IMG/VR virus record: IMGVR_UViG_3300025450_000013
Source of the DNA: a virus
Reading direction: 5' to 3' (one strand)
Length of the DNA stretch: 64,000 nt
Each line of letters opens with the position of its first letter. Within the stretch, counting starts at the first letter, position 1. The notes below the pieces were generated by a model. That model was given only the letters and a program-made list of their open reading frames with translations, was not told the origin of the DNA and ran no database searches. The position numbers were made by a program, and so were the translations under genes. Of the stretch, positions 8,977 through 16,210 are shown piece after piece.

Positions 8977-9632
8977 TATTTTGTTTCCTGAGCAATGAAG
9001 TATTTAAGATTACCTGCCTTGTTCACGAACTTGGCAAAGGCACCAATCTGTAGTTCCACATCATAGTCATCAGGAATGAGTTTTAGGTTCTCACTCTTGA
9101 AGGTTGCGATAAAGTCCTTACCAGCATAGTCACCAATCTTTGTAGAACCGTGGTTGGACGTGTCATTTGCTTTCTCGTGGATCTTTAGCAACAGAGATGC
9201 ATCCTTACCAACTACCGATAGGTGTGGAAGGTTGTTCATCGAGGCCAACTTTAGCAACCGTGAGATAGAAGCATTTAACAAGGTAAAAGATACATCAACA
9301 TTCTTGATTGATAGTTCCTTATCGGCAGGTGGTGTAATGATAAGATTAGGAGAACAAGGAAGATACGTCAAGGTAAAGTCACCTTCAGTCATAGACACGG
9401 AGTCGGTGCTAAATGTGATTTCAGGATTGCGTAAGGTTGTAATGTTACCTAGAAAGTTATTCAGATCATAGATGCCGAACTGTTGTGGGATATCATCTTC
9501 AAGAGTTGCCTCAAGGAGAATGGATCGTTCCGATGACATGGTCTTCTGAACCTTGCCAGGATTAAGAACAACACCGCTATTGATATTGGCAAAGTTCTTT
9601 AGAACCGTTAAGGTATTTTCACTAAACTTCAT
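8976..9632 (-). CDS. gp45: Sliding clamp
   Basis: MKFSENTLTVLKNFANIN, FGIYDLNNFL, ENLKLIPDDY, LKYFIA. Confidence 0.97.
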   Translation of the reverse strand: MKFSENTLTVLKNFANINSGVVLNPGKVQKTMSSERSILLEATLEDDIPQQFGIYDLNNFLGNITTLRNPEITFSTDSVSMTEGDFTLTYLPCSPNLIITPPADKELSIKNVDVSFTLLNASISRLLKLASMNNLPHLSVVGKDASLLLKIHEKANDTSNHGSTKIGDYAGKDFIATFKSENLKLIPDDYDVELQIGAFAKFVNKAGNLKYFIAQETK

Positions 9633-9645
9633 ATTATACTCCTTA

Positions 9646-10245
9646 TCATATTGTCAAACTATAATATATACTAGCATCTTTATCGTTTTGTGTCAAGATG
9701 GTTTTTATATTTTCTTTTAGATCATTCACTGTTCCTTCATTGTGAATAATAAAATCTGGAACATAGTTATTCCATGCCGTCTCTGATATATGCATCTTGG
9801 AAAGTTCTTCTGGAGATGGGTCATCACCTCGTTTTACTCGGATAATCTTACCGCCGGCACTCCGAATAAAATCAATCTCATTAGGAAAACGAGTATCGGA
9901 TATAACCACATCTTGATATCCTTGTATGCGTTTCTCTAAGGCTGCAATCCAGATGTTATCTGCAATATTGTCTCGGCATGCCTCACTACCCATTTTTTGT
10001 AGAATAAGGCGAGGTGTAACCTCGTATCCAAGTTTATTAGACCACCAGGGGTCAACACGTTCACGAAAGGCCCGTGAAGCGTTACTATCACCTTCCAAAA
10101 GACCCCGTGGCCATACAAAGATGGAAGCCACGGCATCTTTTAGAGCATCGGCAAAGGCAAACTTTTTGTAACCATAATCTCTTTCGAGAATGTCACCTAC
10201 TGTGCCTTTGCCGGAACCAATGTAACCGACAACGCCGATTATCAC
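9646..10245 (-). CDS. gp1: Deoxynucleoside monophosphate kinase (T4 gp1-like)
   Basis: GYIGSGKGT, FADALKD, TPRLILQKMG, ISDTRFPNE, HISE. Confidence 0.92.
   Translation of the reverse strand: MIIGVVGYIGSGKGTVGDILERDYGYKKFAFADALKDAVASIFVWPRGLLEGDSNASRAFRERVDPWWSNKLGYEVTPRLILQKMGSEACRDNIADNIWIAALEKRIQGYQDVVISDTRFPNEIDFIRSAGGKIIRVKRGDDPSPEELSKMHISETAWNNYVPDFIIHNEGTVNDLKENIKTILTQNDKDASIYYSLTI
9668..9696 (-). promoter_or_regulatory. sigma70-type promoter for the gp45-44-62-regA operon
   Basis: TTGACA-17 nt-TAGTAT with extended -10 TG. Confidence 0.65.
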
Positions 10246-11048
10246 CGCAAATTACCGCTCAATGCTGCTACTGCTGGAAGGTCACCCTGGAACCCATATG
10301 TACCAACGTGTGTTGTCTTCATCCATGGGCATAACCACACTTTAACACCGATAGCTCGGGCATTCTGACAGAACATATAGTCCTCAGAAAGGTAACGATG
10401 TGATTGTGGATCAATGACTGTATCAAAGAAAGCATGAATGTATCGTGAACCATCAAAGTTAGCTTGACCAACGTGGTCTGGCTTATAGTGAAGGTGTGGA
10501 TATTCTTCAGCATACTTATCAAATACTTCACGTTTCACCAACATAAATCCTGTACCAATCTCCATAACCTCAACTGGTTCAGTTACCTTGAATGATGTGG
10601 TACCTGGAACTGGGTTAAACACGAAGTCACCTGTAACACCGTCAAGCATACCAGGTTCAAACTCTTTATTATCCACATTCTTTTTTACAGCATTGACAAT
10701 GTTAGACCAGTTAATTGACTTCTTTGGATATGGACCACCGATGATTTCTTTATCCAAAGCCAATAAAGCAAGAATGTCCTGTGGATTAAACTGGATATCG
10801 GAGTCAATAAACAATAGATGGGTGCAACCTGAACGGAGGAACTCATCAACAAGGTAGTTTCGTGCCCTAGTAATAAGGGACTCATTAAAGATAAATGAGA
10901 ATCGGCATTCCATACCATATTGGATGCAGGTTGCTTGAAGGTCGAGACAGGCTTTAGCATACAAACCGAAGCATTGGCCTCCGTAGCACGGCGTGGCCAC
11001 AAATAATTTTTTTTGACGCAAGGATTCGGTTGAAATCTTAATTTCCAT
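10242..11048 (-). CDS. GT-A-fold glycosyltransferase-like protein
   Basis: ATPCYGG, NESLITRARN, THLLFIDSDI (DxD), GTGFML, YLSEDYMFC; start moved to MEIKI because the track start lies inside a terminator. Confidence 0.7.
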   Translation of the reverse strand: MEIKISTESLRQKKLFVATPCYGGQCFGLYAKACLDLQATCIQYGMECRFSFIFNESLITRARNYLVDEFLRSGCTHLLFIDSDIQFNPQDILALLALDKEIIGGPYPKKSINWSNIVNAVKKNVDNKEFEPGMLDGVTGDFVFNPVPGTTSFKVTEPVEVMEIGTGFMLVKREVFDKYAEEYPHLHYKPDHVGQANFDGSRYIHAFFDTVIDPQSHRYLSEDYMFCQNARAIGVKVWLCPWMKTTHVGTYGFQGDLPAVAALSGNLR

Positions 11049-11062
11049 AATGTTCTCCATAA

Positions 11063-11096
11063 ACAAAAAGGGACGTGACAAGGTGCCACATCCCTA
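11063..11096 (-). terminator. Intrinsic terminator closing the tRNA-like RNA + HTH unit
   Basis: AGGGATGTGGCA-CCT-TGTCACGTCCCT followed by TTTTGTTT. Confidence 0.8.
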
Positions 11097-11119
11097 TATA
11101 GCATACTTTTTAGAAAGTA

Positions 11120-11341
11120 TTACTGAGCAAGGCGATAGAAAGCGGTGCGCTTACCGTCAACATTGCGGTAGTTGGTGTAAATGTTGTAATACTCACGAAG
11201 GTCGGAAACTCGCTTACCAACGTTCTCACGAGGAACACGGGCCAACTTGGCGATTGAGTCCGCCGTGATACCTGGTGACTTCGTGTTCTTTAGAAGAACA
11301 TTTTCAATCTTCTCAATTTGTGTCTTACGTGGTGTAGCCAT
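11120..11341 (-). CDS. Small winged-HTH DNA-binding protein
   Basis: GITADSIAKLARVPRENVGKRVSDLRE helix-turn-helix plus a beta-wing; start MATPR behind AAGGAAG. Confidence 0.65.
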   Translation of the reverse strand: MATPRKTQIEKIENVLLKNTKSPGITADSIAKLARVPRENVGKRVSDLREYYNIYTNYRNVDGKRTAFYRLAQ

Positions 11342-11380
11342 AATATATACTTCCTTTTTCATAGTTAAGTTTCGTCGTTT

Positions 11381-11452
11381 TGGAGCGGAGACTGTGTAAT
11401 CGAAACACAGATTCCAGGGGGGACCTGGGTAATACCTTTATACGATCTCCGC
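11381..11452 (-). tRNA. Non-canonical tRNA-Gly-like RNA (CCC-containing loop), 72 nt, encoded CCA
   Basis: GCGGAGA TC GTAT AAAGGT ATTAC CCAGG TCCCC CCTGG AAT CTGTGT TTCGATT ACACAG TCTCCGC T CCA: perfect 7-bp acceptor stem, U73, glyT-like D-arm, but a 6-bp T-stem and a shortened anticodon loop. Confidence 0.8.
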
Positions 11453-11486
11453 ATTTATACCCTGCTATAATACCGACGATTTTTAT

Positions 11487-11515
11487 ATTATAGCAAAGTA
11501 TTGGTGTTATGTCAA
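11487..11515 (-). promoter_or_regulatory. Consensus sigma70 promoter driving the tRNA-like RNA and HTH gene
   Basis: TTGACA-17 nt-TATAAT, extended -10 TG, upstream A-tract. Confidence 0.85.
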
Positions 11516-11527
11516 CAACTTTTTTTA

Positions 11528-11655
11528 TCTCTTTAGAAGGATACAGGTTTACTACCGTCCGCATTATGATGGTGGCCATTCCAGAGCATAACCTATTTGG
11601 TTGGCAAGGTTCAGGGTGATCATTCCCCAAGCGAGCCTGTATCCATCTAAGGAGA
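11528..11655 (+). ncRNA. Unidentified structured RNA (about 25-bp closing stem around a multibranch core), antisense to flanking genes
   Basis: TCTCTTTAGAAGGATACAGGTTTACT pairs with AGCGAGCCTGTATCCATCTAAGGAGA; inner hairpins CTACCGTC/GATGGTGG and AACC/GGTT; irregular pairs are mostly G-U on + but A-C on -. Confidence 0.55.
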
Positions 11656-11682
11656 CAGGGGAAAATCCCCTGTCATTTTTTT
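11654..11682 (+). terminator. Plus-strand intrinsic terminator
   Basis: GACAGGGGA-AAA-TCCCCTGTC-A-TTTTTTT; no U-tract in the minus direction. Confidence 0.75.
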
Positions 11683-11683
11683 A

Positions 11684-12910
11684 TTAGAAAGTAGGACCAG
11701 AGGCGCCATTAGCACCAACGGCACCCGGATACTCAACTTCACCAGTAGCACCTGTAGCACCAACAACAGGATCGGCGGTTTCATCCACTTTACGATACAA
11801 CTCTAAAAAGGCATTTTTCGTATCAACGTCAAAACGGTTGAGGCACAATTCAATAGCCTTTACCTTGTTTTGGTTGAAGATGGAATATGCCTCGCAGATA
11901 TGGACAAGACGGCGGGTTGAGATGATTTCACTCAAAGCACCTTCAAAGAAGGACTTGCGGATAACATCTGCCCAAGTAACCAACTTGTCAACAAACTCCG
12001 TTGCGGTGATACCGGATGCTTGTAGAACATTGTTGAGGATTTTTGTCTCAACCTTAGCGGCAGGATATTCTTGTTCCATTGTAATGCTGAAACGCTCAAG
12101 GAACGCCTCATTCATAACATTGGTGCCGATAAAGCGGCCGTCATCAGAACCTTTGCCTTTAGTATTGGCAGTGGCAACAATGTTAAAACCTGACGCAGGG
12201 TGAACCACACGGTTAGTTTTTTTCAGATAGATTGCTTTACCTTCAAGCACCGGCTGGAGGCACATAAGTTTGTTGGAACCGAGGTCAACCTCGTCCAGTA
12301 ATAGTAAGGCACCGCGAGACATAGCAGTAATAACAGGACCGTCTTGCCATACGGTCTCGCCATTGATAAGACGGAAACCACCGATAAGGTCGTCCTCGTC
12401 GGTCTCAATTGTAATGTTGACACGGACACATTCTTTCTTTTCTTGGGCACATACTTGTTCCACCATCATAGTTTTACCGTTGCCAGAAAGGCCGGTGATA
12501 TATGTTGGATAGAACTTTTTGGATTTGATGATAGCACGGACGTCCGTGAAATGGCCGAACGGAACATAACCGAGTGCCTTTTCAGGAACAAGTGAAACCT
12601 CGGCGTTAGTAGAAACAACCGAAGGTGCCACCATAGCAACGGCCACGGCAGGCGCCGCTTTCGGAGTTGGTGCCTTAGGAGCCGGGGCAACTTTTTTAGC
12701 AACCTTTGGAGAAGCATCGGCGCCGTGTTCAGGAAGAGAATAGATACCACGACCAATCTTGCGGGATACGTCATTAAGTATCCAGTTAGGTTTATCAAGT
12801 CCGTATTTGTCGCAGATTTCCAGGACTTGCGGACGGGTGATTGAACGGATAGCACCAAACTCGAAACGGATTTTATCGAGGAACTCGGTGCGGTCAATCT
12901 TCTTAGCCAT
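11684..12910 (-). CDS. cobS: MoxR/CobS-like AAA+ ATPase
   Basis: GLSGNGKT, DEDDLIGG, WQDGPV, LLLDEVD, ATANTKGKG, NEAFLERF, ISTRRL; start moved to MAKKI because the track start lies upstream of the promoter. Confidence 0.9.
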   Translation of the reverse strand: MAKKIDRTEFLDKIRFEFGAIRSITRPQVLEICDKYGLDKPNWILNDVSRKIGRGIYSLPEHGADASPKVAKKVAPAPKAPTPKAAPAVAVAMVAPSVVSTNAEVSLVPEKALGYVPFGHFTDVRAIIKSKKFYPTYITGLSGNGKTMMVEQVCAQEKKECVRVNITIETDEDDLIGGFRLINGETVWQDGPVITAMSRGALLLLDEVDLGSNKLMCLQPVLEGKAIYLKKTNRVVHPASGFNIVATANTKGKGSDDGRFIGTNVMNEAFLERFSITMEQEYPAAKVETKILNNVLQASGITATEFVDKLVTWADVIRKSFFEGALSEIISTRRLVHICEAYSIFNQNKVKAIELCLNRFDVDTKNAFLELYRKVDETADPVVGATGATGEVEYPGAVGANGASGPTF

Positions 12911-12946
12911 TAGAACTATTCCTTTCAGATTTCTCATTATATATGG

Positions 12947-12975
12947 ATTATAGCATACGGAATGGTAGGTGTCAA
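12947..12975 (-). promoter_or_regulatory. Consensus sigma70 promoter for the cobS-like gene
   Basis: TTGACA-17 nt-TATAAT with extended -10 TG. Confidence 0.85.
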
Positions 12976-12978
12976 CCA

Positions 12979-13284
12979 TTATTTTCGATTGTAAACACCG
13001 TTGTTTTTCTTAGACTTTTTCTTTGAGTATGCCTTCTTGATTTCCTCAGGGTATGTAAACAAGCACAGGTCGGCACTCGCACCTTCCCAAGGAACCCATC
13101 GTTTTACTGTGGCACGGTCATCTTGCTTATCATATTCATAACTTCCGTGTGTGTTCCACCACAAGTCAAACTTGTTTTTAGGGCGCCATATATCAATAAA
13201 TCGCCAATAGTTTGTATCATAGTTATCTTCCAACCATCCAGCATATCGACCATTATCTCGGTCAGGAGATTTATATTCTTTCAT
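12979..13284 (-). CDS. Hypothetical Trp-rich protein
   Basis: 101-aa ORF coupled (TAATG) to the upstream vWA gene. Confidence 0.6.
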   Translation of the reverse strand: MKEYKSPDRDNGRYAGWLEDNYDTNYWRFIDIWRPKNKFDLWWNTHGSYEYDKQDDRATVKRWVPWEGASADLCLFTYPEEIKKAYSKKKSKKNNGVYNRK

Positions 13285-15515
13285 TATGCTACCTTCTTTG
13301 CTTGTGTTGCGATACGGTCAACAAACTGACGGAGCAGAACTCGATTGACCGTCTTTTTCATGGCAAACTTGGAGAATGCCGCAGCCATTCGTTTTGGAGA
13401 CATTTTCTTTTCACCGCTATTGTCGATTTCCAGTTTGTTAGTATTATCGCCAATGGCATTAGAGTCAATAACATAGTATTCATCATAGCCGGCACTCTGA
13501 ACAGGATAGAACTTATTGTCCTGCCAGAACTTTTTAACTTTTGTATCTTTATCGGTATAACTCCAAAGGTTAAAGTCAGACATGAACCGTTTGAAGTTCC
13601 GCTCAAAGAGATAGAAACCAACAAGGTTACAACCGGTGCGGTCTTTTAGAATACGCAGGAGGACATTTGTATTGTTTTGCGTACCCATCCAACCCCAAGG
13701 CTCATAGTCATATGTCTTGCGGGTTACCGGATCAACATAGAAATACTTGCGGTTAGCAGACCGTTGCGTAGTGGTCATACCTGTAGTAGGAAGAGTTTCA
13801 TTCTTTACACCTTCACCACTGTCAGAACCACCGTCGGTCATAAAGATAGTATTGACGATTTCCAGTTTGTTCTTAGCACGGAAATCTTCAACCATCTTAG
13901 GAGCAATCATAATGGCCAGGTTCAGAGGTGTACCGCCGAGGCCGTCGCAACCGATATAGTTCCGACCAGAGGTATACCAAAGCATGGACATGGCGAAGTT
14001 AAGTTCCTGTGTATTCATACGGGATGATAAGAAGTTCCGCATAACCACGGCACCACCACCAATCACATTTTGCTGGTTCATATATGTGAATGGATTGTCT
14101 GCACCGCAATCCCTGAAAGCATATACCTCAAAAGGCACTCCGATTTGTTTACAGAATAAGCAAAGGGAGAATAGTTGCTTTAGAGTATTGCGGAGGTTAT
14201 ACTGCATAGAACCAGACCAATCAAGGAACATGATAAAGCCGTGGTTCTTGCCTTTTGGAATAACCGTCAGGCGGCGGAAGATATCATCATTATACTTGTA
14301 AGAATGGAGTTTGTTAGTATCAATAACACCAGTCTTGGCAATATTGATACGGGCATACATTTCAGCAGCCTTTTTAGCCTCAAACTCCTTGACCAAGAAA
14401 GAGATGGTTTCTTTCTCTTTCATTTTCCATTGCGTCATATCTTTCTGGCAAGCAAGGAAGGTAACGTTATCAAAATAACGGGTGGTCATTTCTTTGCGCC
14501 AGTCTTCAAGGACCATTTTGTAATCGTTTATGGCCTTGTCCCAATTTACTTGCGGCATATTGAGATAGATATAATGGCAGTTTTCGTCCTTTACGATATC
14601 TTGGGAACGTTTCTGCCACGTTTGATCCGTTTCAGACACAGGAACATTGTCAGGAACCTCGGTGTTTTGACCAGCACCGTCGCCTGATTTATTGGACTCA
14701 GCTTCAAGGTCGCCTTCGCCTTGGGTTACACCATTGGCCTTTTCTTCACTTTCACCGGAATCGGTTTCATCTTCATCCTGGCCTTGGCCTTCACCGTCAT
14801 CATCACTAGTATCACGGTTGTCATTGCCATCATAATCGGAGTAATCATCGCCTTCTCCTTCTTCGGACTCGCCTTCAACAAGGTCGATTTCCATTTCTTG
14901 CTGGTTTTCAAGTTTTTCTTTACAAAACTTGTAGATTTCCTCCGTGAGTGCAACAACCTCATCGAAAGTTTCCAGACCTTCGGCACGTTTTATGAATACA
15001 CGTTCCTCAGGTGAAAATTCTATATTCATATTTATATTGCCGCCTTTGAAATATACATTCATGCGGTCAATAAAATTCATGGTATTGATATCACGTTTAG
15101 CTGTGCCAAAGAAGTCACGTTCCATAAGTTCCTTGTAACCGATAAGATAGTTTTTACGGGAACCAGGATAGCGGCGTTTCTGGCGCTTATCAATACGAGC
15201 ATCCTCAACACAGTTAAGGAAACCTTTAACCGTTGATTGTAATTGTTCGGAAACTTTTTCATTAGGAAAAATACGTGCGGTGATATCCTCATATGCCTTT
15301 TTATATGTGTCGGCATCAGGAGTATCTAGAGCATGACCCGTCTCATGGACAATAAGGAGGTCCTGAAGATCATTAGAAATACCTTGCCACAAAGGAAGCA
15401 TAAGGACACGACCTTTGAGGTCGAACATTGCCGTTTTGATACCGGGAGTTTGTTGGACCGTGATATTTTCCGTGGCAAGGAGTTTTGCTAACAAAGAAGT
15501 TTGATTGCCTGACAT
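13284..15515 (-). CDS. CobT-like protein: HExxH metallopeptidase-like domain, acidic linker, vWA domain
   Basis: VHETGHAL, NCVEDARI, D/E-rich linker, MIDAS DWSGSM, GGTPL, FMTDG; start moved to MSGNQ. Confidence 0.85.
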   Translation of the reverse strand: MSGNQTSLLAKLLATENITVQQTPGIKTAMFDLKGRVLMLPLWQGISNDLQDLLIVHETGHALDTPDADTYKKAYEDITARIFPNEKVSEQLQSTVKGFLNCVEDARIDKRQKRRYPGSRKNYLIGYKELMERDFFGTAKRDINTMNFIDRMNVYFKGGNINMNIEFSPEERVFIKRAEGLETFDEVVALTEEIYKFCKEKLENQQEMEIDLVEGESEEGEGDDYSDYDGNDNRDTSDDDGEGQGQDEDETDSGESEEKANGVTQGEGDLEAESNKSGDGAGQNTEVPDNVPVSETDQTWQKRSQDIVKDENCHYIYLNMPQVNWDKAINDYKMVLEDWRKEMTTRYFDNVTFLACQKDMTQWKMKEKETISFLVKEFEAKKAAEMYARINIAKTGVIDTNKLHSYKYNDDIFRRLTVIPKGKNHGFIMFLDWSGSMQYNLRNTLKQLFSLCLFCKQIGVPFEVYAFRDCGADNPFTYMNQQNVIGGGAVVMRNFLSSRMNTQELNFAMSMLWYTSGRNYIGCDGLGGTPLNLAIMIAPKMVEDFRAKNKLEIVNTIFMTDGGSDSGEGVKNETLPTTGMTTTQRSANRKYFYVDPVTRKTYDYEPWGWMGTQNNTNVLLRILKDRTGCNLVGFYLFERNFKRFMSDFNLWSYTDKDTKVKKFWQDNKFYPVQSAGYDEYYVIDSNAIGDNTNKLEIDNSGEKKMSPKRMAAAFSKFAMKKTVNRVLLRQFVDRIATQAKKVA

Positions 15516-15540
15516 TCCGTAACCTTTCTCGATTTTCACT

Positions 15541-15569
15541 ATTATAGCAAATCGAACCTGGTTTGTCAA
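15541..15569 (-). promoter_or_regulatory. Consensus sigma70 promoter for the cobT-like gene
   Basis: TTGACA-17 nt-TATAAT with extended -10 TG. Confidence 0.85.
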
Positions 15570-15579
15570 GTCCGTTAGG

Positions 15580-15592
15580 AATCAGTAGGTTA
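15580..15592. promoter_or_regulatory. IHF-type binding site just upstream of the -35 box
   Basis: AATCAGTAGGTTA fits WATCAR-N4-TTR. Confidence 0.5.
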
Positions 15593-15603
15593 GCGGGTTA
15601 GAC

Positions 15604-15651
15604 GATTGTAAACATAAGAGAATGTGAAGATTACCGCATAGATTGTAAACA
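15604..15651. repeat. Direct repeat GATTGTAAACA (two copies; third copy at 12987-12997)
   Basis: Exact 11-mers at 15604, 15641 and 12987, each upstream of a strong promoter. Confidence 0.65.
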
Positions 15652-15711
15652 CGGAAAGGATTACTTCCGCGTTGTCATACATATGGTTCACTTTATAAAA
15701 GTCAAAATATT

Positions 15712-16209
15712 TCATGCCTTTTTTATCCTCTTGTTGAACCTTGCCTTTGATATATGTGCAATATGTTCATCAATCTTTTTTAGACGGAGATATTTACAAA
15801 GTGTATCAACCACAACCTCATCTCTTTCCGCCTTTGTGATATACTTTACATAAATTGGTTCATCATGTCGGATGAAACCAATCTTTCTTATCTTTTTGGC
15901 CGCACTATGACCTTCATCATCTCTACACATATCGGCAAGTTCTTTTTCAAACCTATATACTCTATATCGTATATTGCCTTCACCAGCATATATACATTCA
16001 TATTGATTGAAATCACCTTTATGATAGATAAGATATAATCCAGGACTATCTGGTAGTTCTTTCATATTTACATCAAGTGTAACACCTCTATCGGTTTTAT
16101 CTGAACTAACCACCACAAAATCTTTTTGTAACATACGTTCAAAGATTTTTTCCGCAACATCATGTTCTGTCAGTTTTTCATTACCATCTGTAAGGTCATA
16201 GTGTGCCAT
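15712..16209 (-). CDS. GIY-YIG-like nuclease-domain protein
   Basis: LPDSPGLYLIY...CIYAGEGNIRYRV and C-terminal RFN resemble the GIY-YIG core. Confidence 0.5.
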   Translation of the reverse strand: MAHYDLTDGNEKLTEHDVAEKIFERMLQKDFVVVSSDKTDRGVTLDVNMKELPDSPGLYLIYHKGDFNQYECIYAGEGNIRYRVYRFEKELADMCRDDEGHSAAKKIRKIGFIRHDEPIYVKYITKAERDEVVVDTLCKYLRLKKIDEHIAHISKARFNKRIKKA

Positions 16210-16210
16210 T

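Noticed and set aside
11325-11630. 101-aa ORF in the track
   Set aside because: It overlies the tRNA-like gene, its promoter and the structured RNA, and has no recognisable protein features
11580-11640. TPP riboswitch (minus strand ACCCTGAACCT) or retron msr-msd reading of the structured element
   Set aside because: The CUGAGA core of TPP is missing, wobble pairs favour the plus strand, and no reverse transcriptase is in the window
11684-15515. Cobalamin biosynthesis (cobaltochelatase)
   Set aside because: No CobN or other cob genes; a generic MoxR AAA+/vWA pair explains the motifs
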